Source: Deltaproteobacteria bacterium TL4 (GTDB lineage: Bacteria; SAR324; NAC60-12). Taken from it: a stretch of DNA of 64,000 bases. The translations under genes were made by a program, and so were the position numbers. The DNA is taken from contig JBBCAX010000034.1 in assembly GCA_051382335.1 (NCBI GenBank), positions 1-64,000 on the forward strand, read 5' to 3'. The notes under the pieces are model-generated. The model was not told the DNA's origin, ran no database searches, and saw nothing but the letters and a program-made list of their open reading frames with translations. Each line of letters starts with the position of its first letter. Positions within the stretch are counted from its first letter, which is position 1. Of this stretch, positions 53,801 to 60,212 are shown one piece after another.

Positions 53801-56291
53801 CGTATGACCAAGGTTCTCTAAAGCTATTTTCACCTTGTTGCCACATTAATCCTGTTATCTTATCTGTGATAGTTCCGTCACTATTATCTATGTAAGAAAG
53901 TTCGTTATATAAATAATCATGATCTTCTCCAAACGTTTGTGTATAACCGATCGTTTGTCCAGTATCAGGAATATGATAACCGTAAATACCAACATCAACA
54001 ATAGGAGCGTTTGCACATATCCTATTTTCACCTTCATCATTTTCGGTGAAAACTAACAGGTGGGTTACTCCTGAGGGAATCGGTGTATTAGCATCAAAAC
54101 TGTATGATAAATTACCTCCTGTTTTTGCAATGGAGCTAATTGCGGTAGAACTTTGTTTCGTGGTACTATTAATCCCCCAATAGAGAACGTAGTGGGTTAT
54201 ATCACTTTCATCACTGGCTTTGAAAATTCTTACTTCTCCACTCAGTCTCCGAACATTAATATCGGTGTCGGTAAAGGTTACACTGAGGTCTGTGCAGGGT
54301 GAAACGGCTTCAATGATAACCACGTTGACCCCAGAGCTCATCTCTCCATCGGCATTTTTTGTAAATACCAAAAGGTGAGTCGCTTCTGATGGTATTGTTG
54401 TATTATTTGGAAAGGTATACGTTAAATTGCTTCCGGTTTTTTCTATAGTAGTAATTGGAGTAAGGCTTTGCTTGGAGGAACTACTCGATCCCCAGTAAAG
54501 AACGTAATGTGTAACATCGTTTTCGTCACTGGCCTTAGTCATTGTGACATCACCAGCTAATTGGCTGCCATCTAAATCAGTATCAGTAAAAGCCACACTA
54601 GAGGCGGCACTTGTGGGAACTCCCAAGTCAGTAATAGCCACGTTGATCCCCGTGCCCATTTCGCCATCAGTATTTTTTGTAAACACCAGTAAATGGGTTG
54701 CTCCTGAGGGAATGGAGGTATCCAAGCTAAATGGGTGAGTCACATTACTTCCTGTTACAGCCAGGGAGGTGATTTCGGATGTACTTTGTTTTGCTGTAGA
54801 ACTCGTCCCCCAGTAAAGAACGTAATGTGTAACATCGCTTTCGTCACTGGCTTTGATAATCGTTATATCGCCAGCTAACTGGCCGCCATCGAGATCAGTA
54901 TCATTGAAGATCACACTTACTGCGGCGTTTATTGGAACCCCTAAGTCAGTAATAGCCACGTTGATCCCAGTGCCCATTTCTCCATCGGCATTTTTTGTAA
55001 ATACCAAAAGATGAGTCGCTTCTGATGGTATTGTTGTATTATTTGGAAAGGTATACGTTAAATTGCTTCCGGTTTTTTCTATAGTAGTAATTGGAGTAAG
55101 GCTTTGCTTGGAGGAACTACTCGATCCCCAGTAAAGAACGTAATGTGTAACATCGTTTTCGTCACTGGCTTTAGTGACTGCTACATTTCCAGCCAACTTT
55201 CCACCCTCAAAGTCTGTATCTGTGAAGGACATACTGATCGCACTATGAGTTGGTACTCCTAAATCAGTAATAGCCACATTCACTCCTATCCCCATCTCTC
55301 CATTTGCGTTTTTAGTAAATACCAAAAGGTGAGTCGCTTCTGATGGTATTGTTGTATTATCTGGGAAGGTATGCGTTAAATTGCTTCCGGTTTTAACGAT
55401 AGTAGAAATTGGTTTAGCACCTTGCTTCTTGTTAGAACTCGTCCCCCAGTAAAGAACGTAATGTGTAACATCGCTTTCGTCACTGGCTTTAGTAATTGAC
55501 AGAAATCCTCCAAGTTCACCTCCATCTGGATCAAGATCAGTATAAGAAACGCTAACTGCGGCATTTTGAGGGGGGGGATGATTATCTGAATTCTGTTCTA
55601 TTTCAGTAATGCTGTTATTAAGGTGAGCGGTTGCTTCTTCACTGGAAACAAGGGTTTGTTTTCCACCTGTCAACGCTGTTTCTTTTGAGACAGCTATAAC
55701 CACTGACTGTACCGTATTATCCGCTTCAAAAATTTCAGGAGGTACGTTAAAGTTTATCGTTTCCGCAACGTTCTCAATGGCGATAACAACAGCGGGAGTG
55801 ATCGTAATCCCATTTGTAGGATCGCCATCATCATCCAGAGTTTGTAGAAACCGCGCAATATTGGTGACGGCCTGATTGGATGCGTCGGTTGCGTTTTCTA
55901 CTAGGTCTACAGGTGTAACAGTAGATTTTGCTTCCCCTTCACCAAGTACAATGCCTCCTACCGAAAATTGGACTCTGTTTCCTTCCTCGTAATAAAAGGT
56001 ACCATATTCATCAGTATTTCCTCTTTGTCCTCCTGAGACATAGACCACTCCATCCACCGGACTGTCTAAAAAGATGCCTTTCAGGATTTCAAGAGAGGCC
56101 TCTTGTTGTGATGAAGTGTCCGAGTCCTCAGGGTGAGTCGCTTCTGAATTATCTGTTTCTTTGCTTTCTTCTATATTAGAAGTCCCTTTTTTTTCAGAAT
56201 CATCTTTTCCTGATGTGTTATCACAACCATGAGTAAAGATCATACTTCCACAGAAAGTGAAAATTATAATTAGTATATTTATGTTTTTCAT
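50805..56291 (-). CDS. Large lipoprotein/adhesin with 7 copies of a ~100-aa repeat and 6 DUF1566 (Lcl C-terminal, CLec) domains
   Basis: Lipobox-like IFTHGC; repeats TDTD..G.L.G...THYVLYWG...THLLVFT.N; DUF1566 motifs DN.DGT.TD...LMWQ, WRLP..KEL, YWS, VRCVR arranged in three tandem pairs. Confidence 0.88.
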   Translation of the reverse strand: MKNINILIIIFTFCGSMIFTHGCDNTSGKDDSEKKGTSNIEESKETDNSEATHPEDSDTSSQQEASLEILKGIFLDSPVDGVVYVSGGQRGNTDEYGTFYYEEGNRVQFSVGGIVLGEGEAKSTVTPVDLVENATDASNQAVTNIARFLQTLDDDGDPTNGITITPAVVIAIENVAETINFNVPPEIFEADNTVQSVVIAVSKETALTGGKQTLVSSEEATAHLNNSITEIEQNSDNHPPPQNAAVSVSYTDLDPDGGELGGFLSITKASDESDVTHYVLYWGTSSNKKQGAKPISTIVKTGSNLTHTFPDNTTIPSEATHLLVFTKNANGEMGIGVNVAITDLGVPTHSAISMSFTDTDFEGGKLAGNVAVTKASDENDVTHYVLYWGSSSSSKQSLTPITTIEKTGSNLTYTFPNNTTIPSEATHLLVFTKNADGEMGTGINVAITDLGVPINAAVSVIFNDTDLDGGQLAGDITIIKASDESDVTHYVLYWGTSSTAKQSTSEITSLAVTGSNVTHPFSLDTSIPSGATHLLVFTKNTDGEMGTGINVAITDLGVPTSAASSVAFTDTDLDGSQLAGDVTMTKASDENDVTHYVLYWGSSSSSKQSLTPITTIEKTGSNLTYTFPNNTTIPSEATHLLVFTKNADGEMSSGVNVVIIEAVSPCTDLSVTFTDTDINVRRLSGEVRIFKASDESDITHYVLYWGINSTTKQSSTAISSIAKTGGNLSYSFDANTPIPSGVTHLLVFTENDEGENRICANAPIVDVGIYGYHIPDTGQTIGYTQTFGEDHDYLYNELSYIDNSDGTITDKITGLMWQQGENSFREPWSYASESYCANLTLASYSDWRLPTKKELMRIINYGMYEPAIDTIFFPTSVSSAVWSSTVDSNDSNNVFAVSLGYGYVFSGSKTSEMYIKCVRKPSNLTFSYNDNGDGTITDNFSELMWQKEDDNTKKNGESSLSYCENLSLGGETDWRLPNIKELESITDDSKYNPVINTTYFINTKSDKYCSSTTRANNIRLYSWHVNFSNGEVHDHWKSNNECYVRCVRGSGESNVSFPVHTANSVAFLDTDTDVGELGGRVTIKKASDESNITHYVLYWGSDTTTKANSIPISTLSATGNNQTFDFDNTSIPSGSTHLLVFTKNTRGEMARGVNVIIFDNGRHGYYIPDTGQTISYTSTLGEDHDYLLNEPSYTDNDDGTITDNITGLIWQKEDDNTKRTWSEAQDYCNSLNLASFSDWQLPSKKTLMRIVNYRTYNSSINEAYFSKTKSSDYYWTASNYIAFSNTAWVIDFGSGVVYSSHMSLNNYVRCVRNGVSEFTLFTDNSDGTVTDNLSGLMWQKENDYYTKISWGESLSYCENLSLGGKTDWRLPNIKELESITNDSEFNPAIESTYFPNTYSSKYWSSTTFIFTAGMTQSWFVDFYYGFVERSEKTDTNHVKCVRGGHNGVVVDVGVPSHNATSVVFVDTDTDAGELGGSVTITKARYESDITHYVLYWGSSATTKVNSTPITTLAASGSNLSFDFDTNTSIPSGSTHLLVFTKNNNGEGPWVSEAIHDFTGHIPKAEQELSDASENRMSYTDNKDGTVTDNVTGLVWQKTNATNTPTMSDAVTYCENLELSFYSDWRVPSKKELIRIIIYNKELRYDESYFNFLDTGNYWSNTSYANNQDLAWDVSFRDGSVGSRSWGFKHGVRCVRGYSNTDSSFLDNGDGTITDNFSELMWQKEDDNTLKNRGNALSYCENLSQGGKTDWRLPNIKELESITDDLNYNPAINTSFFPNTKSSYYWSKTNYYDYDPISKNTVEIVWFVNFQNGEVKSENNISMYVRCVR

Positions 56292-56467
56292 ATTTCTACT
56301 TTGATTTGGCTTATTATTTTCAATAAAATCCCCCACCGCATACGGTCTCGCTAACGCAAAATATTCGGTATGCGAAAACGGGGTGTTTACGGACTAAACT
56401 CCCAAGAGAGTGGGGTACTAACCCAATGCTGTGCAATAAAAATTAATTCTTTTTTTATTAAATAAGT

Positions 56468-56686
56468 TCAAATGAACGTACCATCAAAGAAACTTATAGT
56501 CTTAGCATTCTCATTATTATCCTCGCTATGCAGAGTAGTAGACGACCAATAATGATGGGGGGCTTTTCTCTTTATTGTTATAGTTGCAACCAAAACAAAG
56601 GCTATAGAGAAGATCAAAAAGAAAAGGTAAATGGATGAAATTTTCATAATTCTCTTCCTGCAGGATGCTGATTTTGACATAGTCAA
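56468..56686 (-). pseudogene. Short ORF ending in a DUF1566 remnant
   Basis: TM-like segment followed by HYWSSTT...AKTISFFDG. The sequence GTAGTAGACGACCAATA is shared with VR-C. Confidence 0.45.
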
Positions 56687-56714
56687 AGAGGACGGTTTAA
56701 GGGAATAATCCCCC

Positions 56715-57337
56715 TCAATTCATTTTGGCAAAAACCATTTCTATGATGTTTTCAAGGATTTCGATGTATTTATCAATTTCAGTAGAAGATAATGGCTTCA
56801 CAGTTTTAATAGAGGATAAAAGCTCGTCGCTTACGACAGATTTTTTGGTTTCCATATCATTTACCCCTAGTTCAACAAGCTCTCTTTGGTATGAGTAATA
56901 ATCTTCAAGAGAAAAAGAGGGATTATCGTTTACTTTATCTAATAGCAGCCTTGCAGCGTATTGATTATAGGTATTATGAATATGTTGTTCAACATAGCTA
57001 ATTTGACCATTTAAGATTTTTTTGATTTCTTCTTTTGCTGTTTTTTGTTGAACCTCATCATGATAGATGGTTTCCATCGCAAGATGAACAATATTTTGAA
57101 TGTGCATTGGATAAACTTCTGGACCAACAGCATAATATCCAGCACGCCCCTTGTTCTCTCACCGTACACTGGCGTGAACGTCTCAACCACATTATCAACA
57201 ACAGCTTGTCCTGTTTCACATTCCTCTGAATCTAGTTCATCAGCACACGCATTCAGGAGCATTATTGTACAAACAATAATGCTGCTAATAATACAGTTGA
57301 TTTTAGATTGGTTAATATTGACTTCAATCCCCATCAT
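56715..57337 (-). pseudogene. Probable lipoprotein gene split by a frameshift
   Basis: Lipobox LLNAC in 57011-57337; the frame of 56715-57107 stays open upstream to ~57160 (ENKGRAGYYAVGPEVYPMHIQ). Confidence 0.45.
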
Positions 57338-57479
57338 TTGAAGTACCTGTGTTGTTTATAAATTGTGAAAACTTTAAGGCAAAACCCTTTGTCTGAATTT
57401 AAAAAAAATTCGACAAGGGGCAAGCCCCTGTACCCCGCTTTTTTAAATAATCAAATTCCCAAATAATCAAATAATCAAC

Positions 57480-57653
57480 TCACAAGCCTCCTCGGACGCA
57501 ACGGACATAGTTCGTATTAGTCTTATAGTAGCCGTCCACGTAACCATTGTAGAAGTACACGTACCACGCATAGCTCGTATAGCTAGCGCTGGTAGTGGAC
57601 GACCAATAGTTCGACGACTTGGTATTAGGAAAATAGGTTGAATTAATGGCAGG
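57480..57653 (-). repeat. DGR variable region VR-B and conserved flank
   Basis: 174-nt block identical to 60039-60212 except 16 substitutions, all at positions 1-2 of NNC/NNT codons. Confidence 0.88.
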
Positions 57654-57914
57654 ACTATAGACAGAATAATCAACAATGGATTGCAGTTCGTTTTTACTGG
57701 GGAGCCGCCAATCGGTTCTGCCACCTAAAGTCAAGCCTTCACAATAAGTCAAGGCGGTTTCCCAATTGCGAGCGGTGTTATCATCTGCTTTTTGCCATAT
57801 CAATCCTGATTCATTATCGGTTACTGTTCCATCTGCATTGTCTGTAAAAGAAGCGGCATAAACCACGTTGACCAAAAATAAAAATAGCCCCATCCAACAG
57901 ATATATTTTTTCAT
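57480..57914 (-). CDS. Secreted single-domain DUF1566 protein, DGR target (VR-B)
   Basis: AAGGAG RBS, signal peptide ending VYA, FTDNADGTVTD, WRLP, YWSSTT...YVRCVRGGL. Confidence 0.9.
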   Translation of the reverse strand: MKKYICWMGLFLFLVNVVYAASFTDNADGTVTDNESGLIWQKADDNTARNWETALTYCEGLTLGGRTDWRLPSKNELQSIVDYSVYSPAINSTYFPNTKSSNYWSSTTSASYTSYAWYVYFYNGYVDGYYKTNTNYVRCVRGGL

Positions 57915-57940
57915 TTTCTTCTCCTTTTCAAAGTTTTTTA

Positions 57941-59356
57941 TTAATTCAAGTGTTCTTGTTTATTGGCAGGAAACAACACTTTTTCGGTGATGACTCGTTT
58001 CTTTAAACCTGAACTGTAATACCCCTCTTCATCAACGACAATGTACGAGTAGCCATGCGCTAATATTCGCTTTTTGAAATGTTTTAACAATCTTTTGGGA
58101 AATCCGCATTGTCCTCGAAATCCTCGCTTTCCTTCTTCCATTTTCAGATTTAATAATTTCGAAGCCTGTATCGCCCTTTCGTCATATAATTCATAGTATT
58201 GACCCACCTGAAAAAAAATGAAAAATGTTTTGTAACGACCAGAAAACCAATAATATTGGTTTTTAAATTTTTTTGGAATATAAGGGGGTTCATAGAGAGG
58301 ACGTAACTGATTTTGTTTATCCAATAAAAACAGATGGTTCAACCAAGGATTTTTTCCCCAAATAGCTTGGGTCAATTGAGAGGCATCAGCGTGTTTAAAG
58401 TGTCCAATGTAAGAAGCCAGTGTTTGTCGAACAGCGTTTCTGTTTTCCAAAGACAAATCAATCATAACAGACTGTAACACTTCTGAGACCTCATCGGAGG
58501 GGGGTGTAGCCGAAACACAACTAATAAATGTTTTACTTTGTTTTATTGACGGCCTATCCCCCTGTCTTTTTATTTTGTTTTGAAAAACAATTTGTTTTTC
58601 AAGAGAGATGAGTTTCAGCTTCATGTTACTCACAACCCTGTTCCGAACAAGGGTATAACCGGGTCTGACAATATATCCCAAAAAATCAGACCCTTCACTC
58701 ACTCGTTTTAGGATCACTCCAGGTTTCAAGGTCAAAGTCAGTTTTTGGTTGAGAAACACTTCGATAGACTCTTTCATGTGGAACAAGCGTTCTTTTGAGG
58801 GGTCTAGTAGAATAAAATCGTCCATATACCTCACGTAAAACTGGCATTTTAGGCGGTGTTTTACGTATTGATCCAGCTCATTGAGATAGATATTAGCAAA
58901 AAACTGAGAAGTTAAGTTACCAATGGGCAAGCCTTTCCCTGGTAAAGTATGAAAGAGCGACTTATGAGGTGGAACCCTATCTAACAAGTCAGGGACACCT
59001 CGATAAGTGTAGTTTTCTATACAGGGATGTTGAAGAATTATCTTTGTCATTTGTAACAACGATTCCTCTTTTAAATGCTTTTGAATGATATCAAGCAGGA
59101 TTTCCCGATCAATACTCATAAAAAAACTCCGTATATCCAACTGTAGAAACCATGCGGTCACTTTCCCGCTTTTTGTGACACGAAGCATAAAGGAACGTAA
59201 CCGCTCAACCGCAGCATGAGTTCCCTTGTTTTTTCTACAGGCGTAAGAATCATCAATAAACTTTGGTTCCCAAATTTGCTCCAAATGAGGAACCAGCAAA
59301 TGATGAATAACTCTGTCTCTAAAGTCCGCTGCGAAAACTTCTCTGAGTTTTGGTTT
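57941..59356 (-). pseudogene. DGR reverse transcriptase, N-terminally truncated, with C-terminal MutS domain I fusion
   Basis: KPKLREVFAADFRDRVIHH, SYACRKNKGTHAA, LDIRSFFMSID, GLPIGNLTSQFFANIYL, YVRYMDD, DFLGY. C-terminus QYYWF...FFQVGQYYELYDERA...GFP...GYSYIVVDE is MutS-I-like. The frame is closed by TGA just upstream of KPKLR. Confidence 0.88.
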
Positions 59357-59571
59357 TCCTCACTGCAATCCCGTAATTGGGTCAATGCCTGGTATTTTTC
59401 AAATTGAGAGTTTGCTTGAATGACCAACGTCACCAATTTTCGGGACAAATTCCGAAGATCCTGCCCCAAGGCGTATTTATGGGAGCGAGGAAAATCTTTT
59501 ACAATTTGTTCAGTCAAAACCGCTAACTCCATTGTTTTTTTATAAAGGGGTAAGTTTTCGTAATAAGCCAT
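59357..59571 (-). pseudogene. avd: Avd-like (four-helix-bundle) accessory protein, 3'-truncated
   Basis: YENLPLYKK...FPRSHKYALGQDLR...VIQANS. After ~72 codons it runs out of frame into RT coding sequence. Confidence 0.78.
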
Positions 59572-59891
59572 TATGTGGAAGCCTTAAGTCGAATGACCTC
59601 AGAAACAATTCGGGTCTTGTTTTCGTCCTGAAATGCAATCGCCACAGACTGTCCAGCTCGTAATAGTTTGCCTATATACGCATCCAGTCCTGATTTGGGA
59701 AAGCCTCCTGTCACATAGGGTTTTTCAGGGGTTCCCCCCATTTTTAATTTCAGACCTGTCAGCTGTGATAGCGTTTTAGCGTCTTCATTCATCAACTGCA
59801 TGAAAGCACCTACCTGCATCAGCAGGATGGTATCAGGTTCTTTTGTTTTAAGGTCTTCATATTGTAAAACTAATTTCTCTGAGTTCATCAT
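59571..59891 (-). CDS. Stand-alone MutS domain I-like protein
   Basis: QYEDLKTKEPDTILLMQVGAFMQLMNEDAKTLSQLTGLKL...GGFPKSGLDAYIGKLLRAGQSVAI follows the MutS_I consensus; TAATG overlap with avd. Confidence 0.82.
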   Translation of the reverse strand: MMNSEKLVLQYEDLKTKEPDTILLMQVGAFMQLMNEDAKTLSQLTGLKLKMGGTPEKPYVTGGFPKSGLDAYIGKLLRAGQSVAIAFQDENKTRIVSEVIRLKAST

Positions 59892-60038
59892 AAGTCTTTC
59901 TCTTTCAAATTGTATTGATTCCTTTAATTTATGGGAATTCCCCCATTTTTCAGAGCTATCGTCAAAATGTAAAAAAAAATTTTCAGGCTCCGCCATTTTA
60001 AAAAAATAATCAAATTTCCAAATAACCAAATAACCGAC

Positions 60039-60212
60039 TCACAAGCCTCCTCGGACGCAACGGACATAGTACGTATTAGTCTTATCGTAGCCGTACACGT
60101 GACCATAGTAGAAGTTCACGCTCCACGCAGAGCTCGTACCGTAAGCGTAGGTAGTGGACGACCAATAGTACGACGACTTGGTATTAGGAAAATAGGTTGA
60201 ATTAATGGCAGG
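60039..60212 (-). repeat. DGR variable region VR-A and conserved flank
   Basis: Aligns without gaps to VR-B; a GGC-GGA-GCC mini-hairpin lies downstream at 59986-59994. Confidence 0.88.

Noticed and set aside
56468..56560. YWSSTT-encoding segment as the DGR template repeat
   Set aside because: Only ~17 nt match a VR. It lacks the AAC-rich pattern and the VRCVR end, so it is better read as a DUF1566 remnant.
57941..59356. Group II intron or retron RT
   Set aside because: The LPIGNLTSQ motif, adjacent avd and VR-bearing targets indicate the DGR class.
59353..59361. Programmed -1 frameshift producing an Avd-RT fusion
   Set aside because: G GAA AAC is not a canonical slippery heptamer and both proteins lack expected parts, so deletion is more parsimonious, though frameshifting is not formally excluded.
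59158..59571. Full-length 137-aa Avd as given in the ORF track
   Set aside because: Residues after ~72 are out-of-frame RT sequence.
59892..60029. N-terminal extension of the MutS-I-like ORF
   Set aside because: It overlaps the post-VR cis-elements; ATG 59891 with a purine-rich RBS fits the domain start better.
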